Positions 53,790 to 63,221 of a stretch of DNA of 64,000 nucleotides are shown here, piece after piece. The notes beneath the pieces were generated by a model. The model had not been told where the DNA came from, made no database searches, and was given only the letters and a program-made list of their open reading frames with translations. Both the position numbers and the translations under genes were made by a program. The stretch lies in contig JBBPIT010000008.1 of the NCBI GenBank assembly GCA_038040175.1, forward strand, positions 2,184-66,183. The letters run 5' to 3'. Source of the stretch: Pseudomonadota bacterium (GTDB lineage: Bacteria; Pseudomonadota; Gammaproteobacteria; Burkholderiales; JACQAP01). How positions within the stretch are numbered: the stretch's first letter is position 1; each line of letters begins with the position of its first letter.

Positions 53790-55133
53790 TCACAGCCCGT
53801 AGGCCATGCGGATCAAAGTCAGGGGATGGCTTTTCTCCGCGTTGCCCTTTTCCAATCCGCTATCGGCGATGCCTTGCTTGATATGGCGACCGGCGATGGC
53901 GCAATCCGAGCTGACGTAATCCGGCTCGGTGGCCGCCATCTGGCGGAACACCGGTTTGCCGATCTTCATCGATTCGTCGAAGTACTCCTTCTTCACGCCC
54001 CAGGTGCCGTCGTGCCCGGCGCAGCGTTCGACGGTGTTGACCTGGGTCTGCGGCACAAGCTCGAACATCTTGCGAGTCTTCTGCCCCATGTTCTGCACCC
54101 GCAGGTGACACGGAACGTGATACGACACCTTGCCCAGCGGATTCTTGAAGTCGGTTTTCAGCAGACCATCCTTGTGTCGAAGCACCAGGTATTCGAAGGG
54201 ATCGAACATCGCCTCCTGCACCGCCTTCACGTCGGCATCGTCCGGAAACATGAGCGGCAGTTCCTGCTTGAACATCAGGGTGCAGGACGGTACCGCGGTG
54301 AGGATGGCGTAGCCCTCTTTGGCAAGCCTGGCGAGTACCGGAATGTTCGTTTCCTTCAACTTCTGCACGGTGTCGAGATCACCCAGCTCGAGCTTGGGCA
54401 TGCCGCAACAGGATTCCTTCTCCACGACGATCGCGGGCACTTCGTTGTGCGCCAGGATCCTGAGCAGATCGTGGCCGATGCCGGGCTCGTTGTAGTTCAC
54501 GTAACAGGTCGAGAACATCGCCACCTTGCCGGGGGTGTTCTTGCCGTCCCTGACCGGGAACGAGGAATCCGGTCTTGCATGGTTGCGGAATCGGGCACTG
54601 CTGTACTCAGGCAGCACCCGATCCTTGTGCACCCCCAGCACCGACTCCATGACCTTGCGCGCGGCCTTGGACTTGTTCACCGCGTTGACGACCTGTACCA
54701 CCACCGGGATCGAGGCGAGCTTGCCGACGGCGTCGGTGCTGGTGAGCAGTTTGTCGCGAAACCGGGCTTCGCCCTTTTTGAACTTCACCGCCTTGGCGCG
54801 CAGCATCAGGTGCGGGAAATCCAGGTTCCAGGGGTGCGGCGGCACGTACGGGCACTTGGTCATGTAGCACATGTCGCACAGATAGCACTTGTCCACGACC
54901 TTCCAGAGATCCGGCTTCGCCACCCCGTCCAACTCGCCGTTCTTGCCCTCGTCGATAAGGTCGAACAGCGTCGGAAACGTGGTGCACAGGTTCACGCAAC
55001 GGCGGCAGCCGTGGCAGATGTCGAAGACGCGGTGCATTTCCTCGAACACCTTGTCTTCGTTGTAGAAGTCCGGCGACTTCCAGTCGATGGGATGTCTGGT
55101 GGGCGCTTCCAGGCTGCCTTCGCGAAAGGTCAT
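53790..55133 (-). CDS. heterodisulfide-reductase-related (Fe-S)-binding protein with CCG domains
   Basis: The start MTFREGSLEAPTRHPIDW was verified as ATG at 55133. It has two ferredoxin-type clusters (CHGCRRCVNLC and CYLCDMCYMTKCP) and a CCG motif (ESCCGMP). Confidence 0.8.
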   Translation of the reverse strand: MTFREGSLEAPTRHPIDWKSPDFYNEDKVFEEMHRVFDICHGCRRCVNLCTTFPTLFDLIDEGKNGELDGVAKPDLWKVVDKCYLCDMCYMTKCPYVPPHPWNLDFPHLMLRAKAVKFKKGEARFRDKLLTSTDAVGKLASIPVVVQVVNAVNKSKAARKVMESVLGVHKDRVLPEYSSARFRNHARPDSSFPVRDGKNTPGKVAMFSTCYVNYNEPGIGHDLLRILAHNEVPAIVVEKESCCGMPKLELGDLDTVQKLKETNIPVLARLAKEGYAILTAVPSCTLMFKQELPLMFPDDADVKAVQEAMFDPFEYLVLRHKDGLLKTDFKNPLGKVSYHVPCHLRVQNMGQKTRKMFELVPQTQVNTVERCAGHDGTWGVKKEYFDESMKIGKPVFRQMAATEPDYVSSDCAIAGRHIKQGIADSGLEKGNAEKSHPLTLIRMAYGL

Positions 55134-55134
55134 G

Positions 55135-55262
55135 AGGGCGGTGAATGGGTGAAGAGTGAATGAGTAAAGGGGGAAGGCTCTATCAAGGCGCAAGGTTCGA
55201 GGCGTGTCGGCTTACTCGCCTCTCGCCTCACGCCTCTCGCCTCACGCCTTGCCTTACCAAAA
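55135..55262. repeat. motif-array element (GTGAAT/GTGAAG arm versus CTCGCCTCAC arm)
   Basis: GGTGAATGGGTGAAGAGTGAATGAG faces CTCGCCTCTCGCCTCACGCCTCTCGCCTCACGCC. It is intercistronic in the rubrerythrin trio. Confidence 0.6.
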
Positions 55263-55264
55263 GC

Positions 55265-55687
55265 TCAGTCTGCCAGCGCGTCCAGGGCCTTCTGGAAACG
55301 GTTGGCGTGCGAGCGCTCCGCCTTGGCAAGGGTTTCGAACCAGTCGGCGATCTCGTCGAAGCCTTCATCGCGGGCGCCCTTGGCCATGCCGGGGTACATG
55401 TCGGTGTACTCGTGGGTCTCGCCGGCAATCGCGGCTTTCAGGTTTTCGCGCGACTTGCCGATCGGCAGCCCGGTCGCCGGGTCGCCCACGGCTTCGAGGT
55501 ACTCGAGATGTCCGTGCGCGTGACCCGTTTCACCCTCGGCGGTGGAACGGAAAACCGCCGCGACGTCGTTCTGGCCTTCCACGTCGGCTTTCGCTGCGAA
55601 ATAGAGATAACGGCGGTTTGCCTGGGATTCGCCGGCAAACGCGTCCTTCAAATTCTTCTCGGTCTTGGAACCCTTCAGTGCTTGCAT
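55265..55687 (-). CDS. rubrerythrin-family diiron protein (no rubredoxin domain)
   Basis: I take the start at [27 protein letters not shown]. Four-helix-bundle ligand motifs are E..ExxH ([10 protein letters not shown]) and E...ExxH (GETHEY...[10 protein letters not shown]). Confidence 0.85.
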   Translation of the reverse strand: MQALKGSKTEKNLKDAFAGESQANRRYLYFAAKADVEGQNDVAAVFRSTAEGETGHAHGHLEYLEAVGDPATGLPIGKSRENLKAAIAGETHEYTDMYPGMAKGARDEGFDEIADWFETLAKAERSHANRFQKALDALAD

Positions 55688-55873
55688 CTTGGCCTCCGTA
55701 CAGTGATTCAAATCGATTGCGGTTGGAGAACCGGCGCCAGGAATCCCGGCTCCGGCACAGGAATTAGACTAAATCTAATCTGTAAACCGAGTGTAGGGAC
55801 TGAACTTCGACAAGTCAACCCGGACGGGCTCGTGGCCCGAGGGTACTCAGTTAACCCATTCACAAATCGCGAT

Positions 55874-57052
55874 TTAGTTTTTCGTTCCCGCCTGTAGTGC
55901 CGCGCCTACCCGGGTGATGAACCCGTCCAGCTTCGGGATGTCCAGCCATCGCGTGACCACCACCAGATCGTACTCCGGCGCAATCCAGATCATGTTGCCG
56001 CCCGAGCCCAGGGCGAAGAAACTCGACTCCGGCGCACCGGGAAAAATCCCGCGGCGGTTCCGGGACAACCACCACAGGTAGCCGTAGTGCGGGGCGATAT
56101 CGGTGGGCTGAGTCGCCATGTCCACCCAGCGTTCGGACAGGATGCGCCTGCCATTCCACTCGCCGCGTCGCAGCAGCAAGTAACCGAAGCGGGCGTGGTC
56201 GCGGGTACTGGCCCAAAATCCCCCGCCCCAGTGACTGCCTCCGCTCACCGACTGCACGCGCCTGCCGCCGATTTCGACATAGGAATTGCGGTAGCCGTGC
56301 CAGACCCAGGTATCCGACGCACCAATCGGGTCCATCACTTTTTCCTTGAGCACTTCCGGCAGCGGCCGCTGGTATACCCGCAGCAATGCCAGCGCCAGCC
56401 GGTTCACGCGCACGTCGTTGTACTCCCAGAACGTGCCGGGCGCCTGCAACTTGCGGTCATAGCCCCTGCGGCGGTCCGCCACGTCGGGCTTGTCCCAGAG
56501 CGTGCCCTCCCATTCGCTGGTCTGGTTGAGCAGCATGTGCCAGGTAACCTTGCGGTTGTGGCTGTCGTCGAAGCCGCCGTCCTGCACGTAGTCGGCCACG
56601 CGATCGTTCACATCGGCGATGAGCCCGGCATCGACTGCCAGTCCGGCGACCGTTGACAGGTAGCTCTTCGCCATGCTGAAGCTCATGTCCACGCGGTCGA
56701 CATCGCCCCACTGCGCCACCAAGTAACCATGGCGCACGACCATTCCGGCGGGGCCGCCGCGCTCCTTGGTCTCGCCAAGGATCGCCGGGTAGGGCTCGTT
56801 GGCCACGTCTTTCTGAATCTGCTTGAAGACGTCGCGCTCCCACGGCGCCTCGTTTTGCTGCGCGTAACGGATCGCCTCTTCCAGGGCCGCCGGATCGAAT
56901 CCCGCCGCTGCAGGCGCACGGCGCTCCCAGTGGTCACCCGGGAAATAGACCGGATCGGCGATGGCGGGCAGTGCCATCGCAGCGAACGCCGCCGCGATCG
57001 CAACCCGCAGAAGCGCGCTCAGGACCGGGCCTCCGGCAACTGATCGCATCAT
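55874..57052 (-). CDS. serine hydrolase (beta-lactamase/transpeptidase-like), secreted
   Basis: 392 aa with a signal peptide and SxxK (FSMAKS). It is of family-level interest only. Confidence 0.8.
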   Translation of the reverse strand: MMRSVAGGPVLSALLRVAIAAAFAAMALPAIADPVYFPGDHWERRAPAAAGFDPAALEEAIRYAQQNEAPWERDVFKQIQKDVANEPYPAILGETKERGGPAGMVVRHGYLVAQWGDVDRVDMSFSMAKSYLSTVAGLAVDAGLIADVNDRVADYVQDGGFDDSHNRKVTWHMLLNQTSEWEGTLWDKPDVADRRRGYDRKLQAPGTFWEYNDVRVNRLALALLRVYQRPLPEVLKEKVMDPIGASDTWVWHGYRNSYVEIGGRRVQSVSGGSHWGGGFWASTRDHARFGYLLLRRGEWNGRRILSERWVDMATQPTDIAPHYGYLWWLSRNRRGIFPGAPESSFFALGSGGNMIWIAPEYDLVVVTRWLDIPKLDGFITRVGAALQAGTKN

Positions 57053-57194
57053 TTTTTATACCTCCCTTTTGAACAATCTGCGCGGACGGCCCACCAGAGA
57101 TCGCGCGCCAACTATGGAACTCGCCGCCGAAACCGTTTAGTCTTACCGCAGTTTTCCGGCCCCTGCGGCCGTCCATAAACCTCGACCCGGCCTC

Positions 57195-58262
57195 ATGCTA
57201 ACAAGAACCAACATCGGTCTCACCATCGAACAGGACGAGCTCAAAGGCTTTTCGCGGACGATAGCCGAAATCGAATGGCTGCTGCTCGCGCTGGTCCTGG
57301 TGTACCTGCTCGCCGACGCACTGCCGGACGAGGGCGGCATCGCGCTGAACATGGCGCTGTTTTTCTTTGCCGCGTTCATCCTCGGGCTGCATTACATCCA
57401 GTTCTACAAGGAGGAGTCGCGGCCCAAGCTGCTGTTCGAGACCTGGGTGATGATCGTGTTCATCACCTGGGTGGTCCTGTACACGGGCAATTTCCACAGC
57501 CCGCTGCTCAATCTCTACCTGTTGCCGATCATTGCCAGCGCGCTGATTTTCGGCAAGCTGGTGACCGCCATAGAAGTCGCCGCGATCATCGGCTGCTTCA
57601 TGTTCTTTGGCTACGATCCCGGGTCCAAGACGCTGCTCTCGCTGCGCTACTGGGGCGAGATCCTGGCGATGTCAACGCCGGTGATCCTGGTGGCCTACAT
57701 CACCACCATGCTTGCCGCCGACATCCGGTACGCGGTGGACAAGATCAAGGAGGTGTCGGATACCGACGAACTCACCGGCCTGTACAACATGCGCGCCTTC
57801 TCGGCGATGCTGCAGCGATCCTTCAAGCAGGCGGTGCGTTATGGGCACGCCTTAGCGGTGGTGATGATCGACTCGGACAATCTCAAGCAGGTCAACGACG
57901 CGCATGGCCACGATGCCGGCAACCGGCTGCTGCAGCACCTGGTGCGCTGCATTCGCGAACAGTTGCGCGGGTCGGACGTCATGGCGCGCTTCGGCGGCGA
58001 CGAATTCATTCTGTTGCTGCCGGAGACCAATAACAAGGGCGCGCTGGAAATGGCCGAGCGCATACGCAAGGCGGTCGAGCTGTCGCGTTTCAGCGTGCGC
58101 GACGGCGACACCAACGTAACGGTCAGCTTGGGCGTGGCGAGCTACCCCGACGACGGCGGCAATCTCGACGTGATCCTCGACAAGGCCGACAAGGCCATGT
58201 ACCGCGCCAAGCAGAAAGGCCGCAACCGCGTGGTGTCCTATCTGGAAGATACGATAGGCTGA
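57195..58262 (+). CDS. membrane-anchored diguanylate cyclase (GGDEF)
   Basis: 355 aa with about 5-6 TM helices, then DELTGLYNMRAF...RFGGDEFILLLPET... Confidence 0.85.
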   Translation: MLTRTNIGLTIEQDELKGFSRTIAEIEWLLLALVLVYLLADALPDEGGIALNMALFFFAAFILGLHYIQFYKEESRPKLLFETWVMIVFITWVVLYTGNFHSPLLNLYLLPIIASALIFGKLVTAIEVAAIIGCFMFFGYDPGSKTLLSLRYWGEILAMSTPVILVAYITTMLAADIRYAVDKIKEVSDTDELTGLYNMRAFSAMLQRSFKQAVRYGHALAVVMIDSDNLKQVNDAHGHDAGNRLLQHLVRCIREQLRGSDVMARFGGDEFILLLPETNNKGALEMAERIRKAVELSRFSVRDGDTNVTVSLGVASYPDDGGNLDVILDKADKAMYRAKQKGRNRVVSYLEDTIG

Positions 58263-59068
58263 CGGCGCCCCGGACGGAAGTACGCGGTATCGTCGTAGAA
58301 CCCCTCCCGCTCATTCCCGCTCCACCAGCCCGGAACACCCAGCACCGGCAACGGAGATAACTCCCTGCCGTGGCAAAACCGTTCGCGGCTCCAGATGTGC
58401 ATCGCCAGCAGGCGATCCAGCTCCGCCAGTTGCGCCGCCTGAGGCAGTTCAAGGAATGCGCCGGGCACCTGCAGCAGCACGGCTTTTCCGGTCAGGCCGA
58501 CGAAGGGTTGCAGCGACTTGGAGAAGAGCGCGTGGCCGAACACACCGAAGCGCATTCGCGCCTTCACTGCGTCGCGCCGGTGCCAGAACAATTCCTTCCA
58601 GCGAAAGCCACGCACCAGTTCGAGCAATTCCGCGTCGCTGGACACGACCGCCACACCGTCCTCGTCGAACAGGGTCAGCGCATCGCGCTGCGGCGGACGG
58701 TTGCCCCTGCCTGCCGCAAGCATGGACTCGTAGTGGCGGGCATTGATCACGGCCTTGGTGGTCGGAAACGTCAGCCACACCAGCGCATTAAACAAGTCAT
58801 GCCAGTCGAAAGCCTGCACCTGGACCTCGCCCCTGAGATAGGTGCGCGTCTCGAACGCGGCTTCGAATGATTTCGACTTCGGCGCCTGAGGAATGAAGCG
58901 CACACGCATGCCCTGCGCGTTGACGATGCGGCGGCCGCGGTCTTCCGCAAGCGCGTTGAGCAGATCGAGATCCGGCCAGCCGATCGCCGGCAGGCCGGCG
59001 GCCACCGGGCGCAGCGGCGCGAACATCTCACTGCGGGTCAGCCAGTCGGTATTCCAGAAGTCGGCCAT
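58238..59068 (-). CDS. DUF3025 domain-containing protein
   Basis: The start MADFWNTDWLTRSEMFAPL was verified as ATG at 59068. Motifs are ...FDWHDLFNALVWLTFPTTKAVINARH...GVFGHALF. The 3' end overlaps the GGDEF gene 3' end by 25 nt. Confidence 0.75.
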   Translation of the reverse strand: MADFWNTDWLTRSEMFAPLRPVAAGLPAIGWPDLDLLNALAEDRGRRIVNAQGMRVRFIPQAPKSKSFEAAFETRTYLRGEVQVQAFDWHDLFNALVWLTFPTTKAVINARHYESMLAAGRGNRPPQRDALTLFDEDGVAVVSSDAELLELVRGFRWKELFWHRRDAVKARMRFGVFGHALFSKSLQPFVGLTGKAVLLQVPGAFLELPQAAQLAELDRLLAMHIWSRERFCHGRELSPLPVLGVPGWWSGNEREGFYDDTAYFRPGRRQPIVSSR

Positions 59069-59133
59069 GCGGTTGAAAAGGGGCGATCGGTTAAGATTAC
59101 GATCGTTCCAGTATATCCACGCCTGTTGCAAAC

Positions 59134-60240
59134 ATGACTGAACGCGTTGATTGCGCGGTGATCGGCGCCGGGATCGTCGGGCTTGCCGTTGCACGCGAAC
59201 TCGCGCTCCACGGGCGCGAAGTAATCGTGATCGAAGCGGCCGACGCAATCGGCACTCACACCAGCTCGCGCAACTCCGAGGTGATCCACGCCGGGTTGTA
59301 CTACGGCAAAGGCTCTTTCAAGGCGCGTTTCTGCACCGCCGGGAAACAGCTGCTTTACGCCTATTGCAGCGAGCGCGGCGTGCCGCACAGGAACATCGGC
59401 AAGATCGTGGTCGCGGCGGGCGACGACGAGATCGAGGCACTCAAGGGTTACGTAGCCAAAGCCGAAGCCAATGGCGTGACCGACCTGCGCTGGCTGTCGC
59501 GCGCACAGTTGCGGGAACTGGAGCCGGACGTCGAATGCGTTGCCGGATTTCTTTCACCGTCCACGGGAATCGTGGACAGCCATGCGCTGATGCTGGCCTA
59601 CCAGGGCGACGCCCAGAATCACGGCGCGGCCGTGGTGTTCAAGAGCCCGGTCCGGTCCGGTGAAATCGGCGGTGACGGCATCGTGCTCAATGTCGGCGGC
59701 GACGAGCCGATGACCATCGCCTGCAACGCGGTGGTGAACTCGGCCGGCCTGTTTGCCCAGGACGTCGCGCGCTCGATCCGCGGCATTGCCGCGCAAAGCA
59801 TTCCGCCGCAGTATTTTGCCAAGGCCCACTACTACACGCTGTCGGGCAAGCCGCCGTTCAGACGCCTGGTGTATCCGGTCGCGACCAGCGCCCACCTGGG
59901 CGTGCATGTCACCGTGGATCTCGCCGGGCAGGTGCGCTTCGGACCGGACGTCAGCTGGGTCGATAAAGTAGACTACAGCTTCGACCACTCGCGCGAACCG
60001 CTGTTCTACCGCGCCATCCGCAAGTATTACCCGGGGTTGAAGGACGGCCAGCTGCAACCCGGTTACACCGGCATCCGCCCCAAGGTTTCGGGGGAAGGGG
60101 CGCCCGCTGCCGATTTCGTGATCCAGGGGCCGAAAGACCACGGCGTTCCCGGACTGGTGAATCTGTACGGCATCGAATCGCCTGGGCTCACCGCCTCGAT
60201 GGCGATCGCGCAGCACGTCCGCGAACTTCTCGCGACCTGA
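59134..60240 (+). CDS. FAD-dependent oxidoreductase (L-2-hydroxyglutarate oxidase/dehydrogenase-like)
   Basis: 368 aa, MTERVDCAVIGAGIVGLAVAREL (GxGxxG)...SSRNSEVIHAGLYY...NLYGIESPGLTAS. Confidence 0.8.
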   Translation: MTERVDCAVIGAGIVGLAVARELALHGREVIVIEAADAIGTHTSSRNSEVIHAGLYYGKGSFKARFCTAGKQLLYAYCSERGVPHRNIGKIVVAAGDDEIEALKGYVAKAEANGVTDLRWLSRAQLRELEPDVECVAGFLSPSTGIVDSHALMLAYQGDAQNHGAAVVFKSPVRSGEIGGDGIVLNVGGDEPMTIACNAVVNSAGLFAQDVARSIRGIAAQSIPPQYFAKAHYYTLSGKPPFRRLVYPVATSAHLGVHVTVDLAGQVRFGPDVSWVDKVDYSFDHSREPLFYRAIRKYYPGLKDGQLQPGYTGIRPKVSGEGAPAADFVIQGPKDHGVPGLVNLYGIESPGLTASMAIAQHVRELLAT

Positions 60241-60257
60241 ACTCGAAGACGAACCTT

Positions 60258-60283
60258 GACGCAAAGACGCAAAGGCGCAAAGT
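60258..60283. repeat. solo CGCAAAG arm
   Basis: The sequence is GACGCAAAGACGCAAAGGCGCAAAG. It is a variant of the 63222-63371 element arm. Confidence 0.55.
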
Positions 60284-60367
60284 AGGCGGGAAGAGATCAA
60301 GAATGGCGAGAAAGTCGATGCCTGATGGCGCGGCTGCGTCGCCTGATTTAACAAAGGGGGGAGGAGA

Positions 60368-61675
60368 ATGGGGGCAAAAGATCAAATCGAACCCATCGAA
60401 AAAGCCGGCGTCGATGAACTGCGCGCGCTGCAGTTGAAGCGGCTGCGCTGGAGCCTGCAGCACGCGTATGAGAAGGTGCCGCACTACCGCAATGCCTTCG
60501 ACGCCGCCGGCATTCACCCCGGCGATCTGAAGGATCTGGCGGACCTGGCAAAGATTCCGTTCACCACCAAGGCCGACTTGCGCGCCAACTACCCTTTCGG
60601 GATGTTCGCCGTGCCGATGGACGATATCGTGCGCGTCCATGCCTCCAGCGGCACCACCGGTAAGCCCACCGTGGTCGGTTACACCCGGGAAGACATCGAC
60701 ACCTGGGCGACGGTGATGGCGCGCTCGCTGCGGGCTGCAGGCGGCAAATCCAGCGACATCGTCCACGTCGCCTACGGCTACGGCCTGTTCACCGGCGGGC
60801 TGGGCGCGCATTACGGCGCCGAGGCGCTGGGCGCCACCGTGATCCCGGTGAGCGGTGGCATGACCGAGCGGCAAGTGCAGCTGATCTGCGACTTCAAGCC
60901 CGACATCATCATGTGCACGCCATCCTACCTGCTGGTGATCGCGGATGAATTCGTGCGCCAGGGTCTCGACCCGGCGCTGTGCTCCCTGCGAGTGGGGATG
61001 TTCGGTGCCGAGCCGTGGACCGAGAGCATGCGTGCCGAGCTCGAAAAGCGCTTCGGGCTGGTGGCACTCGACATCTACGGGCTTTCGGAAGTCATCGGCC
61101 CGGGGGTGGCGCAGGAATGCATCGACTCGCGCGACGGGCTCACCGTCTGGGAGGACCATTTCTACCCCGAGATCGTCGATCCGCAGAGCGGAGCAGTGCT
61201 GTCCGATGGCCAGAGCGGCGAACTGGTCCTGACCTCGCTCACCAAGGTCGGGATGCCGGTGATCCGCTACCGCACGCGCGACCTCACGCGGCTGCTGCCC
61301 GGCACCGCGCGCAGCATGCGCCGGATGGCGCGCGTCACCGGGCGCAGCGACGACATGCTGATCATCCGCGGCGTCAATGTTTTTCCCTCGCAAATCGAAG
61401 AACTGCTGTTGAAACAAACGGAGCTCGCGCCCCACTATGTGCTGGAAGTGCGTCGCGATGGGCACCTCGACGATCTGGACGTTTTGGTCGAACGCCGGGC
61501 CGGGACCGCCGCACCATTGTCGGTTGCGACAATCACCGCCATCGAGCAGGATATGGAGCGGCAGATCAAGGGCTACATCGGGGTGACCACCCGGGTCCGT
61601 GTGGTCGAACCGGGCACGGTCCAGCGCTCGCAGGGCAAGGCGGTGCGCGTCATCGACAAGCGGCCCAGGAATTGA
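60368..61675 (+). CDS. phenylacetate-CoA ligase family protein (PaaK-like)
   Basis: 435 aa with ...YRNAFDAAGIHPGDLKDLADLAKIPFTTKADLRANYPFGMFAVP...VHASSGTTGKPTVVGYT...MLIIRGVNVFPSQIE. Confidence 0.85.
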   Translation: MGAKDQIEPIEKAGVDELRALQLKRLRWSLQHAYEKVPHYRNAFDAAGIHPGDLKDLADLAKIPFTTKADLRANYPFGMFAVPMDDIVRVHASSGTTGKPTVVGYTREDIDTWATVMARSLRAAGGKSSDIVHVAYGYGLFTGGLGAHYGAEALGATVIPVSGGMTERQVQLICDFKPDIIMCTPSYLLVIADEFVRQGLDPALCSLRVGMFGAEPWTESMRAELEKRFGLVALDIYGLSEVIGPGVAQECIDSRDGLTVWEDHFYPEIVDPQSGAVLSDGQSGELVLTSLTKVGMPVIRYRTRDLTRLLPGTARSMRRMARVTGRSDDMLIIRGVNVFPSQIEELLLKQTELAPHYVLEVRRDGHLDDLDVLVERRAGTAAPLSVATITAIEQDMERQIKGYIGVTTRVRVVEPGTVQRSQGKAVRVIDKRPRN

Positions 61676-61721
61676 GAGTCGAGAGATATTGAAAGCCGCA
61701 GGGGATCGAAAGGAGCAGGAT

Positions 61722-63137
61722 TTGGCGGCACCAGTCACTAAAGCACCCGTTCAGGAATCCGAGAGCCTGCAGCGCGCCGGCATAGGCAACGATGCAGTCG
61801 CAGCTTGGCACGCCGCGGCACCGCGCGACACCGGCGATTTCGCCGGCGACTGCGCCCGCTACTCACGATTCTGGGAGTCGAGTGCCGCTTTGCTTGCGCG
61901 CCTTCCTGCAAAGCCGGCGCGCGACGCGCAGCAGGCGGAGGCAGCCGAGCGGATCAAACAGGTGGCGCGCGAGGCGCGCACCCTATTCCTTCGCGCCCAC
62001 GTCGAGGCGGTCTACGACCGGCTCACACACAACCGGTCGCGCTTCATCCGCGTCGAGCAACTCATTTATGACGCCGCGGCGCTGGTGCCGGGGCTGACGC
62101 CCACGCGCGCGCAGGTCGCGGCCGAATCCGCGTGCCTTCAGCGCGACAAGGAGGGGCTGGAGATCGACCACGGCATCTTCGTCTCCGCCACGCTGGCAAA
62201 TCCGGGCACAGGACGCCACCTCTGCCACGCGATGCTGCTTCCCCACGCCGGGACGGCCGAGCGGCTAGCGGAGCTGGAAAGGAAAGGGCGCGTGGATCTC
62301 GGTGCGGCCGAAGTCTTCCGCAAGGGCCGGGCCTCACACGTGATCGAGAAGAATCCCCGCCACCTGAATGCCGAGGACGCGACCACGCTCGACGCCGCCG
62401 AGATCGCCGTCGATCTGGCGATCCTCGATCCGCACACGCAGATCGGCGTGCTGCGCGGCGATTATGTGCAGGGCGGCAAGTACCAGGGAAAGCGCGTGCT
62501 CGGCAGCGGCATCAACCTGACCCACCTTTACTACGGCAAGGTGCCGTTCATCTGGTATCTGCAGCGCGATCTGGGGATCGTGAACAAGCTCTATCGCGGA
62601 CTGGCCCACCCCGAGATGATGCCGGACGACGTCAACGGTCAGACCATCGAGATGCCCTGGATCGCGGTGGTCGAGGGATTCGCCATCGGCGGGCATTGCC
62701 AGTACCTGCTGACCATGGACTACGTGCTGGCCGCGCAGGACGCGTTCATGAGCCTGCCGGCACGCAAGGAGGGCATCATCCCCGGCGCGGCGAACCTGCG
62801 GCTGCCGCGCTTCACCGGCGACCGCATCGCGCGGCAGGCGATCATGTACCAGCGCCGGCTCGACTGCGACAGCCCCGAGGGCCGGCTGATCTGCGACGAA
62901 GTGGTTGCGCCGGCGGACATGGACGGCGCGATCGAGCGCGTGGTCGAAAATCTCAACGGTACCGGCGTGGTGAGCGCCGCGTCGAACCGGCGCGCCTTCC
63001 GCGTCGCCCAGGAACCGCTCGACCTGTTTCGCAACTATTTCGCCGTGTACGCACTCGAGCAGGCCTATTGCCACTTCAGCCCCGCGTTGATTTCCAACCT
63101 CGAGCAGCACTGGAACGCCAAGAACCGCAAGCTCTGA
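61722..63137 (+). CDS. DpgC-like crotonase-fold acyl-CoA dioxygenase ((3,5-dihydroxyphenyl)acetyl-CoA 1,2-dioxygenase family)
   Basis: ...LNAEDATTLDAAEIAVDLAILDP...PWIAVVEGFAIGGHCQYLLTMDYVLAAQDAFMSLPARKEGIIPGAANLRLPRFTGDRIARQAIMYQRRL...DEVVAPADMDGAIERVV closely parallels DpgC as I recall it. I chose the TTG start at 61722 because it follows AAGGAG and avoids overlap with the ligase gene. The track ORF starts at 61599. Confidence 0.7.
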   Translation: MAAPVTKAPVQESESLQRAGIGNDAVAAWHAAAPRDTGDFAGDCARYSRFWESSAALLARLPAKPARDAQQAEAAERIKQVAREARTLFLRAHVEAVYDRLTHNRSRFIRVEQLIYDAAALVPGLTPTRAQVAAESACLQRDKEGLEIDHGIFVSATLANPGTGRHLCHAMLLPHAGTAERLAELERKGRVDLGAAEVFRKGRASHVIEKNPRHLNAEDATTLDAAEIAVDLAILDPHTQIGVLRGDYVQGGKYQGKRVLGSGINLTHLYYGKVPFIWYLQRDLGIVNKLYRGLAHPEMMPDDVNGQTIEMPWIAVVEGFAIGGHCQYLLTMDYVLAAQDAFMSLPARKEGIIPGAANLRLPRFTGDRIARQAIMYQRRLDCDSPEGRLICDEVVAPADMDGAIERVVENLNGTGVVSAASNRRAFRVAQEPLDLFRNYFAVYALEQAYCHFSPALISNLEQHWNAKNRKL

Positions 63138-63175
63138 GCGGGCCGCCAGACCTGGCAACAGATTCCCACCGAAAC

Positions 63176-63206
63176 GCCCCGGCACTGCCGGGGCTCTATA
63201 TTTTCG
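63176..63206 (+). terminator. possible rho-independent terminator
   Basis: GCCCCGGC-ACT-GCCGGGGC is followed by TCTATATTTTCG. The T-tract is imperfect. Confidence 0.45.
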
Positions 63207-63221
63207 TCTTCAATCTCCACC

